A DNA stretch of 64,000 nucleotides from Faecousia sp. (GCA_045612705.1 JAZKZN010000028.1:1287-65286), one strand, 5' to 3'. Positions 29,890 through 40,294 are shown, counted from the first letter of the stretch. A program made the numbers and translations. Notes: a model not told the origin generated them from the sequence alone.

Positions 29890-30720
29890 TCAGATAGCCA
29901 TGGGGATCTCGAAATCAAAGGGATGGAACTGGTAGTTCTCCACAGTGAAGCTGTTCTTGGTGAAATCGTAGAAATCTGTGACGGAACTGTCCAGGGTCAC
30001 CTTGGGAGCGGGGAAACCTTCCTTTTCCAGCATCGCCTTTACCGCCGGGATGTGCCGGTCATAAATGTGGCAGTCGGCAATCACATGGACCAGCTCGCCG
30101 GCCCCCAGACCGGATACCTGCGCCACCATCATCAGCAGCATCGCATACTGGCAGACATTCCAGTTGTTGGCGGTGAGCATATCCTGGGAGCGCTGATTCA
30201 AAATGGCGTTGAGGGTATTGCCGGAGACATTGAAGGTCATGGAATAAGCGCAGGGATACAGATTCATCTCGTGGAGATCCTGGAAGGTGTAGATATTGGT
30301 GAGGATGCGGCGAGAAGCGGGGTTGTGCTTCAGATCATAGAGCATCCGGTCCACCTGGTCGAACATACCTTCCTTGTACTGGTGCTTTACGCCCAGCTGA
30401 TAGCCGTAGGCCTTACCGATGGTGCCGTCTTCGCCGGCCCACTCGTCCCACACATGGCTGCCCAGATCCTCAATCCGGTTGGATTTCTTCTGCCAGATCC
30501 ACAGCAGCTCGTCCAGCGCGGACTTCCAGTAGGTCCGGCGCAGAGTCATAATAGGGAACTCTTCTTTTAGGTTGTACCGGTTGACTACGCCAAACTTCTT
30601 CACAGTGTGAGCAGGTGTGCCGTCAGCCCAGCGGGGACGGACTTCCAGGTCGGTATCATAAAAACCGTTGTTCAGAATATCAAGGCAAGTTTGGCGATAC
30701 AATTCATCCGCTTTGCTCAT
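29890..30720 (-). CDS. thyA: Thymidylate synthase
   Basis: ELLWIW, AYGYQ, PASRR, LYPCAY, QRSQD, HIYDRH. Confidence 0.95.
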   Translation of the reverse strand: MSKADELYRQTCLDILNNGFYDTDLEVRPRWADGTPAHTVKKFGVVNRYNLKEEFPIMTLRRTYWKSALDELLWIWQKKSNRIEDLGSHVWDEWAGEDGTIGKAYGYQLGVKHQYKEGMFDQVDRMLYDLKHNPASRRILTNIYTFQDLHEMNLYPCAYSMTFNVSGNTLNAILNQRSQDMLTANNWNVCQYAMLLMMVAQVSGLGAGELVHVIADCHIYDRHIPAVKAMLEKEGFPAPKVTLDSSVTDFYDFTKNSFTVENYQFHPFDFEIPMAI

Positions 30721-30821
30721 AGTGATCCCCTCCATAAGTGGTCTTTTCCCCATTGTAGCATAAACAATTTTGGATTTCTATAAGAATAAAAAGAAAAACG
30801 GCGTTTTTCGCCGTTTTTCTC

Positions 30822-31697
30822 TCATTCGATATGGGTGTGATTGCTGATATGGTCTTCGCAGTAGCAGTGGTATCCCTTGCAGCGGGAGCAGTACCGGAAC
30901 TCCAGCTCCGGATTACTCACATCTGTCCGGCCGCAAACAGTACACTTGTGGGTGTAGGGTGCGGTGGGCTTTTGCACAGTAGCCTGGTAAGAGCCGGCTG
31001 CAGGGAAGGGAATAGTACCGGTCTTCTTAGCGGGCTTTTTCTGAAACAGCTTGCGTGTGTTGATCCGCCAGGAACGAGGGATCAGGTTCAGTACATCTTT
31101 TCCAAAGAAGAGGAAGTAGTTGGCGATGGCCACAAGGGAGTAAAGATTGAGAGGGAAAAATTGCATGAGCTGGAACACGGGCAGAAGGGTAAGGACAAGG
31201 TACACCAGCGCCAGCACCCAGGCCCGGATGGGAATGATAAAAAGCAACAGAAACCTGCTGTCCGGGTATAGTGTGGCATAAGCCAGCAGCAAGCTCAGGT
31301 TCAGATAGATAATATCGGCGGGCATACCTGTAGCCATAGCAAAAGCGTCCTGCAGGATCACGCCGGTGAAATAGAACAGGTTAAACCGCAGCGTGCCCCA
31401 GGCATTTTCCACGGCCCGTCCCAGGGAGAAATAGCAGAGCAGGCCGATGGCGGTGCGAAGAACATCTCCAGCGCTGTAGGTAAACATATAGGTGAACAGC
31501 CGCCATACCTGCCCCTGGAGGATCAATTCCCGGTCAAAGCACAGAGCATAGTACAATGTGTCGCTCTTGTCCATCATACTCAGCACATACACTACCGCGC
31601 TGCCCAGCACGATATACAGCATCAGATTGGGAATGCCCGCGTTCCGGTGCTGGAAACAGAAGCGGTTAAACCGCTGCCTGAGTTTTTTCAATTCCAT
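30822..31697 (-). CDS. Rhomboid/Derlin-like membrane protein with C-terminal Cys/His zinc finger
   Basis: GQVWRLFTY WR motif, about 6 TM helices, HKCTVCG...YCSRC...YCEDH...H. Confidence 0.65.
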   Translation of the reverse strand: MELKKLRQRFNRFCFQHRNAGIPNLMLYIVLGSAVVYVLSMMDKSDTLYYALCFDRELILQGQVWRLFTYMFTYSAGDVLRTAIGLLCYFSLGRAVENAWGTLRFNLFYFTGVILQDAFAMATGMPADIIYLNLSLLLAYATLYPDSRFLLLFIIPIRAWVLALVYLVLTLLPVFQLMQFFPLNLYSLVAIANYFLFFGKDVLNLIPRSWRINTRKLFQKKPAKKTGTIPFPAAGSYQATVQKPTAPYTHKCTVCGRTDVSNPELEFRYCSRCKGYHCYCEDHISNHTHIE

Positions 31698-31842
31698 CAA
31701 CTCCTTGTAAAGGTGCTAATATCATACCATTATTTCTCAAAAATGTCCATAAAGGAATTGTGAACATTTTTCCCGGAAAAACAAGAAAAAGACTTGACAT
31801 TCCTGCATTTTCGTGTAGAATAATGTAGCAACTGCATATAAG

Positions 31843-31932
31843 CCTTATCAAGAGTGGTGGAGGGAACGGCCCGATGAAACCCGGCAACCTGTTTAGTCAA
31901 GGTGCCAAATCCGGCGGCAACGAGAGATGAGG
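31843..31932 (+). promoter_or_regulatory. SAM-I (S-box) riboswitch
   Basis: CTTATCAAGAG, GAGGGA..GGCCC, GCAACC, GGTGCCAAATCC, GAGATGAG; terminator at 31944-31978; upstream of metK. Confidence 0.93.
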
Positions 31933-32010
31933 ATTCGATATAAGCGCACATCGGATCTTCGGTGTGTGCAGTTTTTTTGTGCTTATGACGTGTAATAGAA
32001 AGGAATTACT

Positions 32011-33150
32011 ATGGAAAAAAGATTGTTTACCTCTGAGTGTGTGACCTGCGGCCATCCCGACAAGGTGGCAGATGCCATCTCTGATGCGATTCTGGATGCC
32101 TGCCTGGCACAGGATGCCAATGCCCGTGTGGCCTGCGAGACCACGGTCACCACTAATTTCTGCCTGATCTGCGGCGAGATCACTACCACCGCCGTGGTGG
32201 ATTATGAGGCCGTGGCCCGGGAGGTCATTCGTTCCATTGGCTACACCAATCCTGAGGATGGTTTTGCCGCCGACACGGTGGAAATCCTCTGTAAGGTGCA
32301 TACTCAGTCTGCGGATATTGCGCTGGGCACCAACGATGAGGTGGGTGGCGCCGGTGACCAAGGTATGATGTTCGGCGGCGCCTGCACCCAGACTCCCGAA
32401 CTGATGCCTCTGCCTGCCGCCCTGGCAAGAGCATTGGCAAACCGCTTGACCCAGTGTGTGGAGAGCAACGACCTGCTGCGCCCCGATGGCAAGACCCAGG
32501 TTTCTGTGGAGTTTAACGAAGAAGGTAATGTAGTGGGCATCGATACCGTGGTGGTATCCATTATGCACAGCCCCGATTTTGAGATGGCCGAGCTGCGTCG
32601 CTACATCCGGGAGGGTGTGATCGCTCCCGTGCTGAAGCAGTATGGCTTTGATGTAGAGCAGGTTTCCAATATCCATATCAATCCCACCGGTAATTTCGTT
32701 ATCGGCGGTCCTAACGGCGATACCGGTCTCACCGGCCGCAAGATCATCGTGGACACCTACGGCGGCTACTTCTCCCACGGCGGCGGTGCTTTCTCCGGCA
32801 AGGATCCCACCAAGGTGGACAGAAGCGGCGCGTATATGGCACGGTATATGGCCAAGAATCTGGTGGCAGCAGGCCTGGCAGATAAAGTGGAAGTTCAGCT
32901 GGCTTACGCCATCGGCGTGGCGGAACCCGTGTCTGTTCGCGTCAATAGCTTTGGTACCGGCAAGATCGCTGACGAGGAGATGACTGCGCTGCTGCGGAAG
33001 TATTGCGACCTGACCCCCGGCGGCATTATCCGCAAGCTGCAGCTGCGCCGGCCTATCTACAGCCCCACCGCCCGCAACGGCCATTTCGGTGTGGAGAATC
33101 TCCCCTGGGAGCAGACCGATCTGGCAGATGCCCTGCGCAAGGCTATTTAA
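32011..33150 (+). CDS. metK: S-adenosylmethionine synthetase
   Basis: [47 protein letters not shown]. Confidence 0.97.
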   Translation: MEKRLFTSECVTCGHPDKVADAISDAILDACLAQDANARVACETTVTTNFCLICGEITTTAVVDYEAVAREVIRSIGYTNPEDGFAADTVEILCKVHTQSADIALGTNDEVGGAGDQGMMFGGACTQTPELMPLPAALARALANRLTQCVESNDLLRPDGKTQVSVEFNEEGNVVGIDTVVVSIMHSPDFEMAELRRYIREGVIAPVLKQYGFDVEQVSNIHINPTGNFVIGGPNGDTGLTGRKIIVDTYGGYFSHGGGAFSGKDPTKVDRSGAYMARYMAKNLVAAGLADKVEVQLAYAIGVAEPVSVRVNSFGTGKIADEEMTALLRKYCDLTPGGIIRKLQLRRPIYSPTARNGHFGVENLPWEQTDLADALRKAI

Positions 33151-33158
33151 CGAAATGA

Positions 33159-33192
33159 AAATGCCCCGGAATGAATCCATTCCGGGGCATTT
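33159..33192. terminator. Bidirectional terminator
   Basis: aaatgccccggaatg-aatc-cattccggggcattt. Confidence 0.85.
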
Positions 33193-33244
33193 GTTATTTA
33201 TTCAATGAAAAGCTGTGCACGCAGAGTCAGCGGCAACTTGCCGC

Positions 33245-34090
33245 TTAGACGCCGGAGTAGGCTGCAAAGCCGCAGTCTACGGGCAGAACCACGCCGGTGA
33301 TAGCGGAAGCGGATCGGTCGTCACACAGGAACAGAGTCGCGCCCAGCAGTTCCTCAGCATCCACAAAGCGGCCGGTAGGAGTGCCGTTCAGGATCTTGGC
33401 GGAACGGGCAGTGGGTGTGCCGTCCTCATTGAACAGCAGAGCCTTGTTCTGAGCAGATACCAGGAAACCGGGAGCAATAGCGTTGCAACGGATGCCGGTG
33501 CCTGCGAAGTGAGTGGCCAGCCACTGGGTAAAGTTGGAGATGCCTGCCTTGGCAGCAGAGTAGGCGGGGATCTTGGTCAGGGGAGTATAGGCGTTCATAG
33601 AAGAGATATTCAGAATCACGCCTGCTTTCTTGGCCACCATATCCTTGGCAAAAGCCTGGGTGGGCAGGAGAGTGCCCTGGAAGTTCAGCTTGAACACGAA
33701 GTCTACACCGCCGGCTTCCAGATCAAAGAAGGACTTGCCGCCTTCCTTGGCCTCATGCTGATACTCATTGTCGGTGGTAGCCCGGGGATTGTTGCCGCCG
33801 GCGCCGTTAACCAGAATATCGCAGGGGCCAAGATCGGCTAGCACTGCCTGATGGACGGCCTCCAAAGACTCCGGCTCCAGTACATTTGCCTTGTAGCCTT
33901 CGCAGATAAAGCCTTCTGCCTTCAGCTCGTCAGCCAGCTTCTTAACAGCATCCTCGTTCAAGTCCAGGGCAGCAACCTTGGCGCCGCTCTGGGCAAATGC
34001 GCGGGCCATAGCGCCGCAGATCAAACCGCCAGCGCCGGTGACAACGGCAACCTTGCCGGAGAAATCGATGTTCAGGGGAAGATTCAGCAT
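33245..34090 (-). CDS. uxuB: D-mannonate oxidoreductase (SDR-type UxuB)
   Basis: TGAGGLIC, NGAGGN, PLTKIPAYSAAK; adjacent to uxuA. Confidence 0.85.
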   Translation of the reverse strand: MLNLPLNIDFSGKVAVVTGAGGLICGAMARAFAQSGAKVAALDLNEDAVKKLADELKAEGFICEGYKANVLEPESLEAVHQAVLADLGPCDILVNGAGGNNPRATTDNEYQHEAKEGGKSFFDLEAGGVDFVFKLNFQGTLLPTQAFAKDMVAKKAGVILNISSMNAYTPLTKIPAYSAAKAGISNFTQWLATHFAGTGIRCNAIAPGFLVSAQNKALLFNEDGTPTARSAKILNGTPTGRFVDAEELLGATLFLCDDRSASAITGVVLPVDCGFAAYSGV

Positions 34091-34105
34091 ATCATTTACC
34101 TCCAA

Positions 34106-35194
34106 TTATTTATTGTCCAGTTTGTCCAGCATATCCCAGACGCCCAACATGTACATAATGCCCAAGGCCCGGTCATACAAGCCGTAGCCGGGACGGACCT
34201 TGCCGGGACCCTCGTCCCACAGATGACGGCCGTGGTCCGGACGGATGTAGCCTTCAAAGCCGCAGTCGTGGTAGGCCTTCAGGATCTCCAGAATACCGGT
34301 ATCGCCGTCGCAATCCCGGTGAGAGGCTTCGGAGAAGTCACCGTTCTCAAAGTGCTTCACATTGCGGATGTGGGCGAAGGCGATCCGGTCGCAGTGCTTA
34401 CGGACGATATCGGCCACATTGTTGTTGGGATCGGCGTTGAGAGAGCCGGAGCACAGAGTCAGGCAGTTGTAGGGATTGTCCACCATCTTCAGGAAACGGT
34501 CAATGTTCTCCTCGTTGATGAGCAGACGGGGCAGACCGAAGATATCCCAGGGGGGATCGTCCATATGAATGGCCATCTTCACATCGCACTCCTCGCAGGT
34601 GGGCATAATAGCCTCCAGGAAGTACTTCAGGTTGGCCCACAGCTTTTCGTGGTCCACATCCTTGTAGTCCTTAAACAACTGGTCCAGCTTTGCCATACGC
34701 TCAGGCTCCCAGCCGGGGAAGGACATATTGTACTTCTCTGTGAAATCCAGTATGTACTTAGCCATGGCATTGTAGTCATCCTGGATCATATTCTTTTCGT
34801 AGAATAGAGCGGTGGAACCGTCACCCACCGGGTGGAACAGATTGGAACGGGTCCAGTCAAAGATGGGCATAAAGTTGTAGCAAATCACCTTAACGCCGAA
34901 CTTTGCCAGATTGCGGATGCACTGCTTGTAGTTTTCGATGTACATGTCCCGGGTGGGCAGGCCGATCTTGATGTCATCGTGGACATTCACAGATTCTACC
35001 ACATCGATGGAGAAACCATACTCGTCCAGCTGACGTTTGACCTCGGCGATCTCTTCCTCTTCCCAGATTTCACCGGGCATTTTGTGGTGCAGCGCCCAGA
35101 CGATACTGGTGACACCGGGGATCTGCTTAATGTCGGACAGCTTGATGTTGTCGTTGCCCTCGCCGTACCAACGGAAACCCATTTGCATTGGCAT
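34106..35194 (-). CDS. uxuA: Mannonate dehydratase
   Basis: FRWYG, CYNFMPIFDWTR, HMDDPP, RPDHG, RPGYGLYDRALG. Confidence 0.95.
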   Translation of the reverse strand: MPMQMGFRWYGEGNDNIKLSDIKQIPGVTSIVWALHHKMPGEIWEEEEIAEVKRQLDEYGFSIDVVESVNVHDDIKIGLPTRDMYIENYKQCIRNLAKFGVKVICYNFMPIFDWTRSNLFHPVGDGSTALFYEKNMIQDDYNAMAKYILDFTEKYNMSFPGWEPERMAKLDQLFKDYKDVDHEKLWANLKYFLEAIMPTCEECDVKMAIHMDDPPWDIFGLPRLLINEENIDRFLKMVDNPYNCLTLCSGSLNADPNNNVADIVRKHCDRIAFAHIRNVKHFENGDFSEASHRDCDGDTGILEILKAYHDCGFEGYIRPDHGRHLWDEGPGKVRPGYGLYDRALGIMYMLGVWDMLDKLDNK

Positions 35195-35317
35195 AAGAAA
35201 CCCTCCATTTGTTATTTTTTTCTAAAACTAGTGTACCATTAAATAAATGCAATATAAATTGCACGAATTGCTTGAAACATTGTGAATATTGTTGTATACT
35301 TTTCGCGAGGTGATTTT

Positions 35318-36160
35318 ATGCGGGAGCGAGCGCAAAAGTTTGATCCCCGGCAGGAAATGCGGGCGGATACTTTTGAGGTGTTTCATTATAAAGAACCCCG
35401 TCCGGAGGGGGTGGAGGTGCACCACCACGACTTTTACGAGGTGTACTATCTGCTCTCCGGTCAGGTAGAATATTGGGTGGAGGGCCGCATTATCCAGATG
35501 CGACCGGGAGATCTGCTGCTGATTAACCCCATGGAGCTCCACCGGCCTATGATCGGACCTGCCCAGGCGGTGTATGAACGGATCGTGCTATGGATCAACA
35601 CGGGCTACCTGCAGAGTCTCGCCCCCAATGGTTCTTTAGCCCAGTGTTTTGATCCCAGCCTGCCAAACTTGATCTGCCCCACAGCGTCAGAACGGCCGGG
35701 GATCCATATGAAAATGAGCGACCTGGTACGGGAGTATTACAGCGGGGAATACGGCAGCGATACCTGCGCATTGGGACTGTTCTTACAGCTGATGGTGCAG
35801 CTGAACCGGATGGTACTCCATACGGGATCTCTCCGGCAGGAGCGGCAGCTGTCGCCCTTGGTGCAAAAGGCCCTCCAGCATATTGCTGGCCATATCGCTG
35901 AGGATCTGTCGCTGGACAGCATCGCCAGCGCCTGCTATATCAGCAAGTACCACCTGTCCCACGCTTTCAGCCGAGAGGTAGGCATCAGTGTTTATCGATA
36001 CATTATGCTCAAGCGTTTGCTGATGGCAAGGCAGCTTTTGGCTGCCGGTGAGCCTGCGGGTCAAGTCTGCACAATCTGCGGTTTTTCCGACTACACCAGT
36101 TTCTATCGGGCTTTTAAAGCTGAGTACGGCATCAGCCCGGGCGCTTTCGCAACGGAATAA
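35318..36160 (+). CDS. AraC family regulator with cupin sensor domain
   Basis: HHHDFYE cupin; C-terminal ISKYHLSHAF and CGFSDYTSFYRAFK HTH; divergent from uxuA. Confidence 0.9.
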   Translation: MRERAQKFDPRQEMRADTFEVFHYKEPRPEGVEVHHHDFYEVYYLLSGQVEYWVEGRIIQMRPGDLLLINPMELHRPMIGPAQAVYERIVLWINTGYLQSLAPNGSLAQCFDPSLPNLICPTASERPGIHMKMSDLVREYYSGEYGSDTCALGLFLQLMVQLNRMVLHTGSLRQERQLSPLVQKALQHIAGHIAEDLSLDSIASACYISKYHLSHAFSREVGISVYRYIMLKRLLMARQLLAAGEPAGQVCTICGFSDYTSFYRAFKAEYGISPGAFATE

Positions 36161-36163
36161 GAG

Positions 36164-36189
36164 AACTCCCGGGTAATCCCGGGAGTTTT
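36164..36189. terminator. Bidirectional terminator
   Basis: aactcccggg-taat-cccgggagtt. Confidence 0.75.
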
Positions 36190-36884
36190 TAGTGATACAG
36201 ACCGTATTTTTGAATGATCCGCTCCAGCTTGAAAAGGAGAGGCTTGCTCAACAGAAGCAGCGTCAGGAAGGTGCAGCTGGCTTGGATTACATTGACGAGA
36301 ATACCCCCGGTGAACACGGCGATGACGGATGCGGGGGTGAAAGTTGTCAGAGTGGTCAGCACAGTAGAGGTGTCTAGAAGAGGACACACCACAAACAGCA
36401 CCACCGCAAAGCCGAATAGGCCAAGACTTACAGGGTCTCTTTCGGTTTTTCCCTTGCGATAGTAGCACAGACCTGCGATCAGCCCACAGCTGCCGTAGGC
36501 CAGCATCTGCCAGGGCGTCCAGGGGCCTTGCCCAAAGAGAAAATTGCTGGTAAATGCACTGACTGCTCCTACCAGAAAACCTGCCTGGGAGCCGAAGGCG
36601 ATACCCGCGAGAATGATCACCGCATAAATGGGTTTAAAGTTGGGCAAGAAAGCAAATGCTGCCCGGGAGGCAACCGCCAGCGCGCACAACACCGCAATCA
36701 GTACCAGCTCCCGCGCCTGGGGTTTGCGTCCCTCAAAGGTCAGGAAGAAGGGGATGAGGATCCAAACAGTCACCAGTGTAGCGGTGAGATAATAGCCCCT
36801 GCCCGGAAGGTTCCTCCCCAACAGTAAGGTGGCGGGGATCAGCACCAGTACGGAGATAAGGGTGAGGAGGGTGGATTTTTTCAT
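36189..36884 (-). CDS. ECF transporter S component (CbrT-like, probably cobalamin)
   Basis: PNFKP, GQGPWTPWQM; operon lies under a cobalamin riboswitch. Confidence 0.8.
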   Translation of the reverse strand: MKKSTLLTLISVLVLIPATLLLGRNLPGRGYYLTATLVTVWILIPFFLTFEGRKPQARELVLIAVLCALAVASRAAFAFLPNFKPIYAVIILAGIAFGSQAGFLVGAVSAFTSNFLFGQGPWTPWQMLAYGSCGLIAGLCYYRKGKTERDPVSLGLFGFAVVLFVVCPLLDTSTVLTTLTTFTPASVIAVFTGGILVNVIQASCTFLTLLLLSKPLLFKLERIIQKYGLYH

Positions 36885-38536
36885 AAGTCCGCCTCCCTGT
36901 TTCGTTTACAAAGAGTCACCACATCGTCGGCGGTGACGGCATTTTGGAAGAAAGCCCGGCTCATACGGTTCGCGGCGGTGGTGTAGAAGCTATTGCCGCC
37001 GAAGAAGGTCTTGGGTGTGTGCGTGGTGAGCACTTGACCGTCGAAGAACATACTCACCCGGTCTGCGTACCGGGCGCAAAACTCCACATCGTGGGAGACC
37101 AGCAGGGTAGTGACACCCTGCTTTTTTAGTTTACATAATATTTCTGCGAGGGATTCCTTAAAGAAGCAGTCAATGCCCTTGGTGGGCTCGTCCAGCAGTA
37201 GCAGTTTTGGCTCTGTCAGAAGTACTTTGGCAAGGGCGGCGCGCTGCTGCTCACCTCCCGACAGGTCGTAGGGGTGGCGGCTGAGCAGATGGCTAATCTG
37301 ACACAGTTCGGCGGTTCCTCTAATTCGGTCTGCATCTGCGCAGACTTCCTGCAGATCCTCTTCCACCGTATCCTTAACAAACAGACACTTAGGATCCTGG
37401 GGCAGCATCGCAAGGCAATTATGGAACAAACGGCCGTTTTTGTAGGCAGCGGTATTTTTCCCGAGAACGGAGATTTTTCCGCGGTAAGGTTTACAGATGC
37501 CGCAGATGGCTTTCAGCATAGTGGACTTGCCTGCGCCGTTTCCACCCACAATGGCGTGGATGCACCCGGTGGGAACGGTGATATCCACACCCCGAAGCAC
37601 ATCCTGGGAATCCCGCTCATACCGGAACCAAACGTTCTTTAGTTCCAGGGCGGGGGAGTGGATTTCTTCATAAGTGGGGACAGGCAGATAAGTGTGTTTG
37701 GGCGCGGAGGGGAGGGTATTGCCTAGCCAGGTGCGGCCCTCTCTAACGGTGAGAGGACAGTCGCCTGTGCCGTCGGCCCGGTAAAACACCTGCATGGGGG
37801 TGGGCATAGCGGCAAACATGGGGTTTTCCTGCTGCCACAACTGTTTACCTACGGCTCGTGGCCCGTCGAGACAGACCATGCGCCCTTCGTCTACCACCGC
37901 CACAAGATCGGCGGCGGGGAGAATGTCCTCCAGGCGGTGTTCCGTGATGATCACTGTTGTGCCTAGCTCCAAATTAATCTTGCGCACGGTGTTCAGGAAG
38001 TCGGAAGCTGCCAGAGGATCCAGCTGGCTGGTGGGCTCGTCCAGGATCAGCACATCCGGCTGCATCGCCATGATGGAAGCTAGATTCAGAAGCTGTTGCT
38101 GACCGCCGGAGAGGGTGACCACATCCTTGTGAAACCAGTCTTGAATACCGAAATAGCAAGCCATTTCCGCTACCCGGGCGCGCATGGTTTGCCGGTCGCA
38201 GCCGATGCTCTCCAGGCCGAAGGCCAGTTCGTGCCACACCTTGTCAGTGACGATCTGCTCCTGGGGATTTTGCATCACATAGCCGATTTTGCTTGCCTGC
38301 TGAAGCTGAGGGATTTGTTCCAAAGGCGTACCACCAAAGAGGATGGAGCCGCTACGCTGACCGTGGGGGGTCAGTACGGATTTCAGATGCCGCAGCAGGG
38401 TGGTCTTGCCACTGCCGCTTTTACCGCAGACGGCGATATAAGCTCCCTGAGGGATATGCAGACAGATATCCTGCAGCGCAGGCGTGTCCGCGCCGGGATA
38501 GGAGAAGGTCAGATTCTTGATATGAATATGCGGCAT
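36881..38536 (-). CDS. ECF transporter fused double ATPase (A-A')
   Basis: Two Walker A motifs (GKSGSGKTT, GGNGAGKST), QNPQEQ, LSGGQQQ and LSGGEQQ. Confidence 0.9.
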   Translation of the reverse strand: MPHIHIKNLTFSYPGADTPALQDICLHIPQGAYIAVCGKSGSGKTTLLRHLKSVLTPHGQRSGSILFGGTPLEQIPQLQQASKIGYVMQNPQEQIVTDKVWHELAFGLESIGCDRQTMRARVAEMACYFGIQDWFHKDVVTLSGGQQQLLNLASIMAMQPDVLILDEPTSQLDPLAASDFLNTVRKINLELGTTVIITEHRLEDILPAADLVAVVDEGRMVCLDGPRAVGKQLWQQENPMFAAMPTPMQVFYRADGTGDCPLTVREGRTWLGNTLPSAPKHTYLPVPTYEEIHSPALELKNVWFRYERDSQDVLRGVDITVPTGCIHAIVGGNGAGKSTMLKAICGICKPYRGKISVLGKNTAAYKNGRLFHNCLAMLPQDPKCLFVKDTVEEDLQEVCADADRIRGTAELCQISHLLSRHPYDLSGGEQQRAALAKVLLTEPKLLLLDEPTKGIDCFFKESLAEILCKLKKQGVTTLLVSHDVEFCARYADRVSMFFDGQVLTTHTPKTFFGGNSFYTTAANRMSRAFFQNAVTADDVVTLCKRNREADL

Positions 38537-39384
38537 AGCAGCACCTCCTTTACGTGGATAAATGTGGGGATCAGAAGATAAAGGCAATAGATTGGCAGAA
38601 ACACCGATACCGGCGCGGCGGTGTACGCGGGAATAAACTCCGCGGCGGTAGCGCCGGAGACCGCCCCAGCAATGGTGATACCCGCGGCGATGACGGTGAC
38701 CGCCAGCAGACACCAGTCAGAGGCCTTCATTCGGTAGATATGGAAGCTGCTGCGACGGGCCGTGCCATACCCCCGGGAGCGCATAGAGTCAGCGGTGACG
38801 ATGCTACTTTCCAGCGCCCAGCCGGTGAGAGCCAGCAGGACGGTTGCGCCCTGGGAGAGTTTCTCTTTGCCGGACGCCTTTTCTCCGCCCTTTCCGATGG
38901 TCCGCCGTGCGCCCATAATTTGCTGCGCTTTGGACAGAAGATTAGGGATCAGCCGGAAGACCATCACCAGCAATAGCGACACAGAAGGCGCCAGGGAGCC
39001 GAACAGGGCGGTGAACTTATCCTCCGTCATTACACGGCTGTAGCAGCCGAACCACAAAAGAGTGATGACCAAAATAGAACCCACGGCAAAACCGTAAAGG
39101 AGAGCTTCCAAGGTATAGGGTCTGCCGAAGAGGAGAAACAGAATACGCTCTCCCCGGGTGTTAAAGAGAGGGTTGATGCAGGCAATCACCAGCAGCAGCG
39201 GTAGGAGCAGCAATATGTGACGGAGCGCCTTGCGCCCCTGTAAAAGCAGATAATAAGTGCCGGCGCACACCACCGCGCACAGCAAATACGCTGGGTGCTG
39301 AAACACAACACCAAAACAGATCGCCCCCAGGAAGAACACAAAGTTCGTCACTGGATGGCACTTGGAAAATCCGTCTTTTGCCAC
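38509..39384 (-). CDS. ECF transporter T component
   Basis: HPVTNF, NPLFN, ADSMRSRGY; GTG start after GGAGG. Confidence 0.88.
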   Translation of the reverse strand: MAKDGFSKCHPVTNFVFFLGAICFGVVFQHPAYLLCAVVCAGTYYLLLQGRKALRHILLLLPLLLVIACINPLFNTRGERILFLLFGRPYTLEALLYGFAVGSILVITLLWFGCYSRVMTEDKFTALFGSLAPSVSLLLVMVFRLIPNLLSKAQQIMGARRTIGKGGEKASGKEKLSQGATVLLALTGWALESSIVTADSMRSRGYGTARRSSFHIYRMKASDWCLLAVTVIAAGITIAGAVSGATAAEFIPAYTAAPVSVFLPIYCLYLLIPTFIHVKEVLLCRIFISRI

Positions 39385-39406
39385 AAAATCCCTCCTTTCA
39401 AAAAAG

Positions 39407-39432
39407 AAAAGTCCCCGAAAACGGGGACTTTT
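39407..39432 (-). terminator. Riboswitch expression-platform terminator
   Basis: aaaagtccccg-aaaa-cggggactttt; followed on the minus strand by a T-run. Confidence 0.75.
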
Positions 39433-39482
39433 GGCGCACGAAATACACACGAACAGACCACCCCAAGAGTCCTTCGTTTTGC

Positions 39483-39617
39483 TTCCAAGGCTGTATTCCG
39501 GCTCGTGACGCCCTGATGCAGATGCCTTCTCGAAATCATTCAATGGCAGCTGCGGCTTACTGTCACTCTACGGCGGCTTGGTACCGCTGGGATACACCCA
39601 TTCCAATTTCCTTGGAA
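39483..39617 (-). promoter_or_regulatory. Cobalamin riboswitch
   Basis: On the minus strand: P1 TTCCAAGG/CCTTGGAA, GCCGCCGTA, GCCATTG...GAGAAGGC, B12-box-like GAGCCGGAATACAGCC. Confidence 0.78.
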
Positions 39618-39748
39618 ACGCGCAATATGGATTTTGTAGTAGTGTACCACAGATTTTTCAATTATGCAATCGCTAAGACGAAAAAACCAAGTATTTACAA
39701 AAAATACCCTCTGTGGTAAAGTGGTAGAGAAGAAAGAAGGTGCAGCGT

Positions 39749-40165
39749 ATGAGCTTAATGGAGTTTTTTGCCATCAAAACGCCTCGTCAGAGGAGAGAAG
39801 AGGAGCGCATTTATGGCCTTTGGGCATTTCCCTACGGGGAAACCCAAAAGGAAAAAATGGGAGATCTGCTGAAAGCCTTGCTTCCCGGGGAAGACAAGGG
39901 CATGGCTTTGGCTATCTATCTGATGGGCAGGGAGGGGTATCGGAACGACAACCCTTTGAAAGAGCCGGCAGAGCCGGCAGGAGATCCCCTTGCCGCCGCC
40001 GCGGGAGCACTGCGGAGCGTGCTGCCCCGGAATCTGCGCAGTCAGATCCCTCTGTACCTGGCGTTGATCCAGGCAGATGCCAAAATAGACGAAAATCTCG
40101 GCTATCCTGCTGCCGAGACACTGCGGGAAACGGCCGCCACCCTGCAGCCATATATAAAGAAATGA
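39749..40165 (+). CDS. Hypothetical protein
   Basis: 138-aa ORF with upstream GAAGG and a downstream hairpin at 40166-40194; no recognised family. Confidence 0.6.
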   Translation: MSLMEFFAIKTPRQRREEERIYGLWAFPYGETQKEKMGDLLKALLPGEDKGMALAIYLMGREGYRNDNPLKEPAEPAGDPLAAAAGALRSVLPRNLRSQIPLYLALIQADAKIDENLGYPAAETLRETAATLQPYIKK

Positions 40166-40204
40166 AAAGAGGATGCAAATGCGTCCTCTTTTTTGCTTTT
40201 CCCG

Positions 40205-40242
40205 TTGACAAACAGGAGCGATTGTGTATAATTGTATACAAT
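40205..40242 (+). promoter_or_regulatory. sigmaA promoter with GntR/FadR-type operator
   Basis: TTGACA(40205)...TATAAT(40227), followed by the palindrome attgtatacaat. Confidence 0.65.
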
Positions 40243-40294
40243 GATACTGAAGCACTGAAAAACAAGATAAGATCAAGGAAGCGAGGAGATCGAA

